Below, in pieces: positions 12,918 through 25,433 of a stretch of DNA of 64,000 nucleotides. The stretch is taken from positions 8,060,001 through 8,124,000 of the forward strand of contig NW_026889750.1 of assembly GCF_033153115.1 (NCBI RefSeq). The letters are read 5' to 3'. Position numbers and translations under genes: made by a program. Below the pieces are notes generated by a model. That model worked only from the letters and a program-made list of their open reading frames with translations, ran no database searches and was not told the DNA's origin. The stretch's first letter is position 1; each line of letters opens with the position of its first letter. The stretch is from Saccostrea echinata. Taxonomy: Eukaryota.

Positions 12918-15059
12918 TTCAAGAAAACACCAATTTTCAGAAATATGTAATTTAGTCCAATTCTTCTCTAAATAAGTTTATTGATGTATGCCATTTTCAA
13001 AACTCACCATATTTCTTTTATTTGACACTTATTCATTTAGGTAGAGAGACCTAAACACAAGGGGGGTAAACCTTTCCCAGTACACATTTTCAAAGAGTTT
13101 GAAGCATCAGCATAACAAATCTTAACAGAGTAAGGCAATTTTTTTCTGAGAAAAATTTGTTTGAAAATAATAGTTTGGGCACTGTCGCATATATTTTATC
13201 AAATTTTGATGCAATTACTTAGTATTAATTAAAATTAAAGGGGCTTAATTATTGCGATATCACTGAAATTACATAAATTTACACTTTTTTACATGTATTT
13301 CTTTAAATATCATTATTTTGAAAAAAGAATGAGTCAGTATGCAAAAATATCAGTTCACAGAACCACATTTATTCAAAGAATTGCTGTGTTTTAATTTTTT
13401 TTTTCAAATTAAACCCATTTTACTATTGATGATTACATAAAAAAATACCCCCCTCCCCTTCATTTTCCCCCTCATTTGTCTTCTATAATGTGATAGAACT
13501 TAAACTTTTCATTATTTTCATATAGATTATATATTTTTCTTTAAATTATAACAAAACAGATGGTCTTTTTGCATATTTACTGAACAAAATATCAAAAATA
13601 TGTACATTTTCATGTAATTATTGGATTCTACTAAGCACCTGAAATTTACTCACAAATGCCAAGTAAGGACAGGATGATCACTTTAAATATTCAGGGGAAT
13701 CAAATGCATGTATTTGATCATTCAGATATGTTGAAATTGAATGAAATATACTCAGAAAAAGGACAGTCAGGAAAATCAGATTTCCACAGTATATTTTCAA
13801 TAGAATCAGGTAATGGTTGGAGGGGTAGGGTAGATAACTGCAATTTCCAGGATACTTCTTCTTGAACCTTTGATGCAAGAGGGGTTTTTGTATATTACAA
13901 TAAATATCCTGAAAAATAGATTAGGTTTTCTTTTTGCAAACAAGCTATAGATGTATAAATTCAAGCAATTAAGAGGTAAAATGGGATTTCTCAAAACAAC
14001 AAAAATAGGAGAGTATGTGTTACATGTGAGTACATTTCATCAAGGCATGCAATTCTTATTGAATTTTTTTTATATGTAGCTGCATTTGAAATTGATCAAA
14101 GTTACCATTAAACACTGTTTTGATAAGAAATAGTTTCTTTTGGATTGTAGGAGTTGGTCATTTTAGAAGTAACACAAAGAATATGGGGTTAAGGTGGTTG
14201 ACCGACAATTGGTGGGGTCACTTATTTGCCTCTAACTTTTTTATTTTTCATTGAAATAAGACATATTTAGTATATTTTTACTCAGAATTGATTGCACTTT
14301 CTAAATATGGAAAGTTATTTTAATTGAAAAGCAAACTTTGAAAGTTAAAGGTGGCAGGGGATAGTTTCGTACTAAAGACCCGGTCAAATTTCTTAAAAAA
14401 TTGAGAACCTGTACGAAATTGTACGCCTGGTAATAACACGTAAACCAGGCGTCATGCTCTGCAAAAACCAGGCGGATTTTGACTCAATACCATATAAGTA
14501 AACCAGGCGTCAAATGAGACGGAAACCAGGCGTAAAAAGAGGCGTAATATGCAAATTTTACGCCTCTTCAATAGACCAGGCGTAAAGGATCGTACCGTCC
14601 AGGCGTAAAAATGTCCAGGCGTACAATACACAATGATATATACAAAATACATTACATGTTTTGAAAACTAAGTATTTATTTTATCAAAACATCCATATCT
14701 TAGTATCAATTTATATAACATTCAAAGGCAGTTTTTCTTAACATTTTGATGGACAACAAAATGTCATTCAAATAAACTTTACATTAATAAATCTTCCCAT
14801 TTAAGGAAAATTCAAAATTTGTATTATACAAAAATTATAAATTATCTTGAAAATACAGTGTACCAATCTCTGATGACTTTGTATTACAGCAGAGATGCTT
14901 ATAATGAATTCATGGTTATAGTGATTTTCATTTCCTTAAATTTTAGAATATTGCTGTGAACTTAATGGATATAATGAACTACGCCTAATCAAAATTGTTC
15001 ATTCATTGTACTTCGCAATAAGTGTGTTTTACATTAGCTTATCTTGTATCGTGCACTGA

Positions 15060-15985
15060 GCTCTTCTTAGCATTCTCATATTTTTCTTTCCCATGTTCCT
15101 TTTTAAATTTTTGTCCTGCAATGAGACTTGCTCTGTGATGGCATTGTTCAGTTCTTGGTTCACTTTTTTTCCTTCATTTTCTCCACACCACTAAAGGGCA
15201 TAACCTGAAGGAAAATTGTAGCCATGCTTTAATGTAGGTCTGAAATCACATGCATTATGTCCAACAAGATCAGTATTTACAATTAGAGAAAAAAAAATTG
15301 TTGTATTACATAATGGGTTGACAGGAAAACAAACAGACAGACCAAACACTATATATCCCCAGTCCTTCAATTGGGGGCATGAAAATCTTACCCCTTCAGA
15401 TATTCCAGGGGGTGAAATATCCTGGTCATTCTCCCTTGGTTTTTCTGAAGAAGGAGGATTTGGACACAGGAAGCCTGCTTCTTGATTATCTGGATGATAG
15501 GAATAGAAATATATTACAGCCGTGCATATAGTTAAATATATCAAATATTGAATGTGTATTTTACAAATACTTTATTTAGGTTTTTATTTTTTTTATTATT
15601 ATCTAACCTCAACACAATCCTCCATGGGATGAAATGCTAATATCTACTACTACTACCAATGAAAGAATGTTGGTAGTAAAGTGTTTTCTCAAGGGAGAAG
15701 TTTTGTGACTTGGTATCTTCTTTTCCTTGGGACTTAGCTCCTGTTTCTTCTCTCTTGTATCCTCAGTGTTTTTTTCTTCTTATTTGGGATAAACTCTTCA
15801 TCATGTTCCTTAATTTCTTTTATTTTGTCTGTTGGAGCCCTTGTTCTCTTCCCATTTGCTTTCTCTGTGTTTAGATTGAGAAATTAAACAGTCTCTCTGG
15901 AATATCTTTTGCTTTCTCCTGCAAGTTTCCCAATAATTTGCTGCATGCCGAATAGCAAACTTTGTTAGTTCCTCTTCATCATCTA
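15060..15985 (-). pseudogene. Decayed coding exons of the CMC-type element's accessory gene (product unclear)
   Basis: Protein-like segments DDEEELTKFAIRHAANYWETCRRKQK... and GKKVNQELNNAITEQVSLQDK..., broken by stops and frameshifts. Confidence 0.3.
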
Positions 15986-16133
15986 CAAATACACACACAT
16001 ATAACAAAATTATCACCAAGAAATGTGAGCTTTGTGTAGCATATCTGAGCTTGACCCCCCCCCCCCCCCCTTTTAAGAAACACAAAACAGACCCCTTGTA
16101 AGTCAGTAGGAAGGAACGAATACAAGAAAGTTA

Positions 16134-16136
<3 letters not shown>

Positions 16137-16193
<57 letters not shown>
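16137..16193. repeat. (TA)n microsatellite
   Basis: Direct read. Confidence 0.95.
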
Positions 16194-16196
<3 letters not shown>

Positions 16197-16247
16197 ATTG
16201 GGTATGAAAAGTTTCCGATCCACCTATGCATTGTAGCAACCCATTAA

Positions 16248-19200
16248 GGTCATACGCAACGTACATTACCTGTTGGTAGTTTTTCAAGAAATTCTTAACT
16301 TAAAATGAAGGCCCCCTAAGATGTTCTTAGGCAAAAAATCGGAATATATTACCAGGGGTTTTGAAAAGATAACATATGATGAAAATTTGGCGTTTTTCTA
16401 TGCAAAATATACCAAAATCCTCAAACGTAATTTTAGCTGGTATTTCTTCCAAATTTTTTTTTACAAGAGTACTACAGCAATAGATGATGAAACTCTAGAG
16501 TTTTCAGCATATGAAACCAGCCTTTTTTCTTGGATTTTTGTTAAAAATCTAATTTGCATAGTTGTTTGTACCTGAGTTACCTCTCTTTGAAGAAAGAAAT
16601 GCAATACACCCATACATACAACAGAAAGCACTGAAAGTTGTTGTACATGCATTTATGTTTTCATATTCATAAAATGATTCTGAAGAGACTGAATAATTTT
16701 TGAATTTCCTGTCACTCTTGGTTTTCCTCCTGTTTTTTCTGATAGCAGAGATCTTACCCCGTTTTCTTTGTCTCTCTGGTAAGCTAATAAAATGTGCTGG
16801 AAATGAAGACCTGTTTCAGCAATTTTGTTTACAGTAAACTTGGATAAAATCTTATTATCAATAAGATTTTGCAATGATTGCATGTTTCTCATTTTCATCA
16901 TCAAAAAATTCAAATTATTTACAACAAATTCTGTAGAAAAACTATGCTTCATCATAATCTGACATGAAACTGACAAAGACAATAAAAGAGTTTGTAAGGC
17001 CAAGGCATCAGATTTGGCATCATGAGCATCATAATGAGTCACACACAGGTCCTTCAGCAAGTCCACTTGTTTATAACTCTTGCGGCCTGGGTAAAGTTCT
17101 CTAAATAGAGATAATGTGTCCACAAACCCACTTATGTGTTCTGACGCACTAATACCGATGGAACTCGACACATGCACTAGAACTCTAGAGTCAAACTTGG
17201 CATTATGAGCCACAAGCAATACTTTCCCAAATTTTCCAAGCCAGTGTATAAAATTGTTCACTGCATCTGGTGTCCTCATACACTGAACTTCATGTCCATT
17301 TTTGTACATGCAACCATTCTGTGTAGCAATACCAGACACAGCTGTGGCAGAAGCAGAAATTGGTTGAGTCAATGGCAAAACATACTGACAAAACACATCA
17401 TCATTGACAGAGGCCCCGATCTGTGTTATTTCACAATCGTCACCTGCAAAACAAAATTCAATCCATGAGAATAGTAAAATAAATGACAGAAATTTCAATT
17501 TGAGTTATTTTTGTAAAACTGATAATTACCTAAACCAGTAGTTTCTAAGTCAAAATATACAAATGTGTATTGACCCTCAGTAATAGGAGTAGGTACAGGT
17601 TTGCTGAGAGGTGGAGGTATTTCCTTGATGCTGTTTGGATCAGTATTGTTGTTCATATCTGTGTCTGGTTCGTATGTTCTTCCTTCCCTTACTTCTGCTG
17701 ACTCTTGTGATTTATGCTGGTCCATCTTTTTCTGTGCCCTTTTTTTCTTGTAAGTACTTGTATCTTCAGTTTCTTTAGTTCTCTTCCTTTTCAAGTCTAT
17801 TTTTCTGGCTTTTGAAGAAGTAATTTCACCTGGGGATAATAGCAAGACCTCATTGACCTACAATGAAATTCAATGAAATGAAATATAATTGATTTGAAAC
17901 TTTACAATTGCTTTTATGAAATAATAAATGAATATACAAGTTTTATACCTCTGTAACATAATGATGACCCAAATTTTTTTGGGCAATTGCAGCTGCAACA
18001 CGGAAATCATTGCTTTCTGATCCTGAATAAAAGTTTTGTTTTGGAGTCTTGCTAGCAATGGTATTGTTAAGGCTTTCATTAGGTTGTGTACTGCCCAGGT
18101 CTACTAGTTTATCTGCCTGTGATATGTATAAGCTGAGTAGAGATGTCAAGTCACTCTTTAGATCTTGATTGTTCAGATATCTGTGATAAGGTAATTGCCA
18201 AGGTTTGTATGTTAGTGGTGAAGCTAAATATTTACACCAGGATTCACAGAAACTGTGATCACCAAAAACATGTCTTCCAATTGCCTCTAAGTTTTTCTTC
18301 ATACCCGAGGGATCATTCTCATTTTGGGAAATGCAATATTTGAAACATTTTGACAGATGTTGAATTGTCTTACTATTCAATTCTTTGTAGTTTTTAGATT
18401 TTTTCAACTCGTATAGCTTATTTGTAAATTGTTTTAGAGTATGATTTCTATCACATTGCTTCTTTAGGGCCGGATTTACTTCAGCTCTAGCTCTCGCAAC
18501 TGTTGTGGAATCGTTATCCATAATTATGTTTCCAACATGAATGTTGCTATCCTGAAGTTCCTTCATCATACCTGTTATGATAATATTCTAACATGAACAA
18601 TAGAAAAAATCAAAATGATGTTCGCTGACTCATACAATCATGTGAGAAAATTTTGCTGTGTTTTTACATTTACATTGATCATGTTGATATTTTGTATAAT
18701 ACCAAGCATATCAGACTTTATACAAAAAACACTATACAATTATTTTACCTATACACATGTCTGGTTCCATTGCCTTAGAACTACCTGACCAATTCTTCCT
18801 GCAGTCATGTTCAGGGATATCTTTTTTTGTCCTCTCTGCCCTTTCACACACTCTGCAGAACTTGTTTCTTGTTGCATAGGCGATGCATTTTCCCGTCTCT
18901 TTACCTATCATTGCAGCATGTCCTACAATTGAGATGATTTTATTTGATTTTGATCATGGTCTTATGGCATAACAATAGATATATAATACTTGGGTTTTTA
19001 CACATCCATTCTTCAAAGTCATTCCAATATACATATATGTTATGAAAAAATCTTTATATATATATCTGCAAATTACTAATTCTTCAAACCTGACAAACTT
19101 GAATAAGATCGCCCTGAACCTCTTTTCTGCCATCCTCCATCGAAAGACACTGAAAAGTCATCATTGCTGCAAAATCAAAAATGAAATGAAAGAAATAATG

Positions 19201-20637
19201 TTTCAGATTGTAAATTGAAAAAATAAATAAAATAAAAATAAATTATTCAAGAAATAAATGCACAATATTTTGATGAATACTGCATGCATTACTGATAATT
19301 ACAGTTCTCATATTTATATAGCCAGAGATATTTTATTATTTGCCTAGCAATAGTTTATTAACAAAATTATATACACCATTTCCTTTCAAATGTGTGGGTC
19401 ATAACAAAGAAATATGAGGACAGAATCTATCAAACACTGGTCCTGTACAAAGATTTATTAGTATTACCCAAATGATTCCTGCTCTGCATTAGCAAACTCT
19501 TTACAACTTTTTTTGGCAACATCTTCAACTGCTCGACCAACTTGTCTTTCAGAGGTTTTCAAAGAGGTCTTTGATAGTGGTGGGATGTTCAGTACACTTA
19601 GGAGCATAGATAATTTTTTCTCGCCAATGCCTGCATGGAGCATCCCTGCAATGTAATAAAAATTCTCAAGATACCATAATAAATATAACTGTATTCTAAG
19701 ATGATACTTTGATCATATGAAGATGAATGATAAAGTCAGTATTCAATAATTACAAACCTAGTGCAACTTTTGTGTTCACATCAAATGCTCGTATCCCATT
19801 ATTGTCCGAGCGAGAATGGCGTTTTCCTGTGGGAACATAGTTTACTGTGGTACAGAAATTACACTTGATATGTAATAAGGAACCTAGTCCATATCTCTGT
19901 TCACCACAAATGTCTCTCAAATTCAAAGATTGTTTACATTTACAACAACCCTCTATAAGTTTATTCACAATAAATTCCAATTCAACAATTCTTCTTCCTG
20001 TGTTCCACTGTATGACATGTGATGTATCTTCGTCATCAATAAGCACTGGAACTACTTCCTCTTCACAGTCTCCGTGTATTGATAGATCGTAGGCATAGTT
20101 ATGCTCCAAAATGTGGATTGGATTTGGGAAATCATCATCTGTCATAAATTTACCACAAATAACCAAGGACATAAAAGAATGAGCGACACAAAGATATCTA
20201 AATGCTTAAGAGTGTTTTCTTAAACTTCAATCAATGAAGTATTTAGCCCTTCTTTGTTGTTTACTTATACGTCTATTATACGATATTTGCAAGTACACAA
20301 ATCAAGATAACTTACTTGGAATAGGCAGTGGATCGTCAGGATCAGCTTGAGAATTTGTAGAAGGGACCTCAACTGCTACATTCTTCTGCCTATTACATTT
20401 AATCGATGTTATTTTACTTTGTTTTCCTTTGGAGATAAATCGCCCTCCTTTGTCGCGAATTTTCTCCATCATAAACAAAGATATCCTAAAACTATCTCTA
20501 CGTACGAAAGAGCTCTCAAGGGACGTAATCGAAAGTAAAAATCGAACCCAATTCGGGAAATATTACGGAATCATTATTGGAACTCTTTATTTCTAGGAGA
20601 TAGAAAAAATAAAGTAAAAACTACGTTGCGTCTGTCC
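16248..20637 (-). mobile_element. Intact Kolobok-type DNA transposon (4390 bp)
   Basis: TTAA at 16244-16247 and 20638-20641. TIRs GGTCATACGCAACGTA / TACGTTGCGTCTGTCC (16 bp, 2 mismatches). Contains an uninterrupted spliced transposase gene. Confidence 0.9.
16653..20472 (-). CDS. Kolobok-type DDE transposase fused to a C-terminal DEDDh 3'-5' exonuclease (PML-C-like), 902 aa; exons 20472-20316, 20138-19758, 19645-19468, 19166-19090, 18922-18749, 18571-17949, 17857-17530, 17443-16653
   Basis: Transposase motifs: CCKC..CNFC, SFDGGWQKRG (D1), FCRVC..HDC..WSGSSKAME, IMDNDS (D2), CDRNH, HVFGDHSFCESWC, STQPNESLN (E). Exonuclease motifs: YFDLETTGLG (ExoI), VAHNAKFD (ExoII), HDAKSD (ExoIII). Eight GT-AG exons total 2709 nt in one open frame. 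Confidence 0.88.
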
Positions 20638-21783
20638 TTAAACATCACCTTAACCATGTTAACATGGTCAGCTTATCAGAAAGTGCACTCTATTTGTTAT
20701 CAGGACAGCTTTTGATTAAAATTACTGTAATTATTTTGTCTAGTAAAATTTTTAAGACAGCCACCGCGCCGTGTGGCAAATTTATAATTCATACCATCAT
20801 ACCATGTTGTGATCCATGCGACTTTATATTTCCCTCATCTTGAACCCGACTTTAAAAAAAAAAGGTGGAAAATGTCTCGTATATTTTTTGTTTTGTATAT
20901 ATTTTTTCGAAATGATAAATACTAAAAATGATAATTATGCGATAGAAAGATAATTTAAAAAAAAATCATGGAGTATACAACAGCAGTAGTTTACAAATAC
21001 GACAGGTCTCCAAGCGTAAACAAACACGCATGCTACATGTAATCTAATCATTAACCATGTTAACAGAATGATTTTAAAAGCACATTTCTTAAATTTTTAT
21101 AGATAATACTATATGGTATCTGGGTCAAACTGCAATCCTCATCGAAGTATTTTCACTTTCAAGTAAAACCAAGTTGTCAGAAACAAGTAGAAATCGGCAG
21201 GGCAATGTTTCTTTCAAAGCAACAGAATTTGAAATGACCATGCGGGCGGGATTTTGATAGCGTGGGATATCAAGTTTCTGCAGCCCCGGTTCGAAGATGC
21301 TCTACTGTTGAGGTTCACGACGGGATCGATACAAAAGCTATTACAAACTTTTCCCCAAAAACGTCTCTCAAAATAATAAAATGCGTTCTTTTAGTATTAA
21401 TTTGTCGAATTTTTTTTTTTAAATGCAAAATCAATATGTAGATCAATAAATTTCACTGAGATCATTTTGTAAGGCGATTCCCCTTGGCCTCTGAGAAAAC
21501 ACCTTAGTTTACAGTTGTTCTCGGCACATTGGAAAATCATGGAATAACCAAACAAAATAAAGAAGGTTACTTACGGAAAGCGTTTGTAAAATTTAGCAAA
21601 TTTCAGCTGAAGTTAATTTATAGAACGATGGAGATTTAAAATATGAGATGCATTACAAGGTACAGAATTTGTGATCGAAATGTGTAAATTTGCCGAGACA
21701 TAAATAACAAGAACAGGAATCATTGATTGCGAGAAAACCGTAGAAGATTCTAGGAAACTGATATCGGTAAGTATTTTACAGTT

Positions 21784-21831
<48 letters not shown>

Positions 21832-22337
21832 ACCTACATATATCGGGATCGACAATCAATTTAATAGAATGTTACTTCCGTTTTACAGATTGCAACCCGA
21901 ATTATCTCGGAACTAAATCGACTCTGAAGTTAGAAGACGAAGGCGCAGAAATAATCATCATGAGCGAGGTAGGTCACCTTAAATAACATTGTTTTGTTTT
22001 GTTTGTATCACTTTACTATTAGATTACAAATTATATACTTCTTGCAAATTGCAGGGACCCAGATTAGATCCCTGCTACTTGATCAGCTGTTGATAATCAT
22101 ACAGTACATGTAAAGCAAGAGAAAAAAAATACGAATGAGTTCTCATCGATTTTTTTTTTCTCAATACGTTTAAAGAAAATTAATTATTTTTTTGTACATA
22201 TTGATTAGCTTGTAACAATACAACCTACACACCAATTTCTGGTTTTTAAAAATATATATATTTTAGTCGATTAAATTAATGTTCACTTGCATGCATTTGA
22301 TTAACTGGGTAATAGTAGTGTTTTATTCTTGAATTAG

Positions 22338-23040
22338 ATGTCTGACCATGAAGAGTCTGTGCTGGACCATTTGATGAGTAACATGACAACATTTAAGAAA
22401 CAAAGAACCCCAACTGCCAAAAAGATACATAAAATTTAGTGATGAGGATTTTTCTGATAATGAAGAGGAAGTATTCTCTTTTCTGATTTATCTGATGAAG
22501 AGGAATACATTTTGGATGATATCACTGAAGAAATTGCAATGTTACGGAGCATGATGATCAAGACTTCCAACTTCTTTCTTTGCTCTGTAACATCCGTATT
22601 TCAATAAGAGTATTCATGTTAGTGCTTGCTGTGATTTGCACCAATAATAGATGATGAATCCAACAACTTTTGAACATAATTTCAGATGTGATGCTAGCAG
22701 AACACATTTTATATACCATTTGACATATATGCATTTAACAGTTGTCCAAAAAAAAACAAAAAACTAAGGAACCTTTGTGACGGTGCTTACCACTTTCATT
22801 GTCATCGTTGTTTAGGGGCCAATAAAATGTTGATTGTGTCATCTGTCTAAAGAAATTTTGTCAAACACCATTCAAGAAACCAAAAACTTCTTTCTGGAAA
22901 TACCTGTTATAAATCTACTCCACAATCCATTATTTTTCAAGATGGATTTTTTAAAGCAAAATGCAAGAGTGGTTTAACAGAAATATAGCTGGTGGAACTT
23001 ATAAGGACATCTGTGATGGGACTGTAATTTCAGCTAGAAA
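22338..23040 (+). pseudogene. Frameshifted relic of an EnSpm/CMC transposase N-terminus
   Basis: Acidic start (MSDHEES...), Cys/His patch, FFLEIPV and GGTYKDICDG (EnSpm DIxDG-like motif) at ~22991-23020; multiple stops. Confidence 0.45.
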
Positions 23041-25036
23041 TTATCTTAGCTCAACAATGATGTTGGGAAGGACAAACACAAATGCTGAAATATTTATCTT
23101 AAAGTTTTCTAATCTATAAAGTATTTCACTGTAAATATTGCCAATGGATTTATTGTTAACAAAAGAAAAGTGAAATATAATGTTTTGCCTACATTGTACC
23201 TTTTCTATTTTTTTTCTAAGACCAACATTACGCCTCACCAATTTTTCTAAGTCCAACATTACGCCTCACCAATTTTTCTAAGTCCAACATTACGCCTTAC
23301 CAGTTTTACTAAGTTCAGCATTACGCCTGATACAAGAATTACGCCTGGCCCAAGAGGCGGAAAATGACACGTATTCCGTGTGTGCAAAGAGCAGGAATAC
23401 GTGTCCTGCTCATGTACGCCTGGTAAAGACACGTAATTCTGAATTCCGTCTAGAAACCAGCTGGTTTCCATGTCTCATCCAGCTGGTTTACGCCTCACTT
23501 GTTCGTACGGGATATCCCCTGTTTGATGTGATATTTTATGTAGAAAAATGATTAGAATAATTATGGGACACATTTGCAGTGCAGCAGAGTGCTTGCTGAA
23601 AAAAATGATGTGCAACATGTAGGTGTCACTATGACGCTTATCATATACAGAGTTGTAAATGCGAAACTAAGACACGTGGTCAGTTGCAGAGGAAATTCAG
23701 CTAAAAAGCAGTAGGCCTTAGAAGAAGGTGTGTATCTCAGAGGGAAGGTGAATGGCCCCATATCAATTGGTGAATTTTTATTAGGGCTTGCATTGATTTA
23801 CAGACTACTGGGTGTTTTATCCTGCTCGCTCGGGCCTGGGGGTGGGTTGTGTGGGTGTGAATGAGGCCCAGATCTTGGAAAAACAAGCCAAAATTTGGGG
23901 AGTCCCCAGGTGCATTTTTGGTACATGTGCACTCTAATAGGCAGATTACATGTAATTTGTTGACATAATTTGTGAGCCATGGGCATATGAAGTGTAATTG
24001 ATTAGCCCCTGGAAAACTGTCCCCATGTACATGTTTTTATGGATGGCATGTATATGTGTACCCCCTCGGCACATGTTTGGCATTAAAAAAAACTATCCTC
24101 TGCCACCTCAGTATCAATTAGTAACAGACTGGAATGCATTCATGGACTGTCTATACTTGTGTTGTACTCTGTACTTTTAATATGGGTAAAAATATGATGT
24201 AAATAATTTGTAAGGAAAGGCAGTTTGCGGCTGTACGTACATGTGAACACGTGGTGGCTTTGTTTTCAACGAATCACTCAAATAGGAAAACTAATTTCTC
24301 GGAATATTGTGCTTTAAAATTGTGTGTGCAGTGTGCAAGATATGGCGAAAAATGCAAAAAACCTTAATTAAACTTTCTTAGCAATGGACAGGAATAACGC
24401 CCATGAAATGTTAAGCAAACAGTGTAAAATTGTATTAGGAAACTAGTTTATGTAAAGATGTGTGCGTGTTGCCGATTTGACTGCTAATCAACTTAATGAG
24501 GACTACATAAAAGTAGAATAAAACAATGTTGTATGCCTTCATGAAGATTTATTAATACTTGAGATTAATATACTGTTCTTTCATGGGCTGTTGAATTATT
24601 TATCATGGAAATAACAGAAAAATTACGGGCAATTATTTTCAGTATTTATTTTCAACTAACACAACAGTCTTGTGGATATTTTTTTCCTCTAAAAAACACG
24701 TTCTGCGTGGTAGTTAAAATCATACATAAACAAGTAAAGAATGGTGTAAAGCACCAAACGTCCGTAAAAAAATACTGAAGTATTTAAAAGTATGTCAAGA
24801 ATAGTCTAAAATACTTTTGGGGGTTTAATGACATATTTTTAATCCAAAGAAGAAAACTATGCAATTTTTATTTTAAACAAAGTAATATTTAGAAATCAGG
24901 TATAATTATTATGAGATCATCAGTAAAGACAAATTTTTGTTGCATATACATTATAAATCATGTATTACTATATGAAAATCAGAGATAAAAGGATAGCACT
25001 GAATGTTTTATCATCAAATGAAGAAGACAAATATAA

Positions 25037-25433
25037 TAGGGATGGGTATCACCAAAAATTTCGTATCGTGATATATCATGATTTTTTCTAGAATATCACG
25101 ATAATATCATGATATTTTTACATGCAATTTTTACAATGATTTTAAATGAATATCCTTAATTTTTCCTATAAATATGCTGGAAAAAGGTAACTTCCTTTTT
25201 TTTAAAAAAATTTTTATTTACAATATAAAGCATGTTTGGATGCTAGGATGCTTTTCTTTTACCGTTTTCAACATTTTGTAATTGTAATTTGAAAGTTAAA
25301 ACAAATAAATAAATAATTTCTGGACTTAATAATTGTGTTCCTAAATACCGGTATTTTAATCTCCGTATCACGATACGTATCACACAATTAAAAATCACGA
25401 TATACCGGTATACCAAAAAATCGCACATCCCTA
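25037..25433. mobile_element. hAT-type MITE
   Basis: Termini TAGGGATG...CATCCCTA; perfect 8-bp TSD AAATATAA (25029-25036, 25434-25441); subterminal CGATA/TATCG repeats. Confidence 0.88.

Larger units (their letters stand above)
14408..23511. mobile_element. EnSpm/CMC-type DNA transposon (non-autonomous/decayed) inserted in the right direct repeat
   Basis: Termini CCtGTACGAA / TTCGTACGGG. Dense subterminal AGGCGT/ACGCCT repeats at 14424-14625 and 23229-23495. The left repeat shows the empty site TTGAGATATCCCC, implying a ~2-bp (imperfect) duplication. A transposase-like relic lies inside. Confidence 0.75.
12266..24107. mobile_element. Composite-like non-autonomous DNA transposon with two ~652-bp long terminal direct repeats (KolobokP-like architecture)
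   Basis: Repeat 1 is 12266-12917. Repeat 2 is 14350-14407 plus 23512-24107, split by an insertion. Each repeat has its own TIRs (A)GGTGGCAGgGGATAGTTT / AAACTATCCTCTGCCACC(T). Copies appear near-identical: the ORF track gives identical peptides at offset 11190. TCA flanks both outer ends (12263-12265, 24108-24110). Confidence 0.75.

Noticed and set aside
13640-13900. Possible coding relic in the spacer between the direct repeats
   Set aside because: Only short open stretches with no recognisable transposase or nuclease motif; cannot be supported without a search.
12266-24107. LTR retrotransposon
   Set aside because: The repeats lack TG...CA ends, PBS/PPT and gag/pol; instead each has DNA-transposon-type TIRs.
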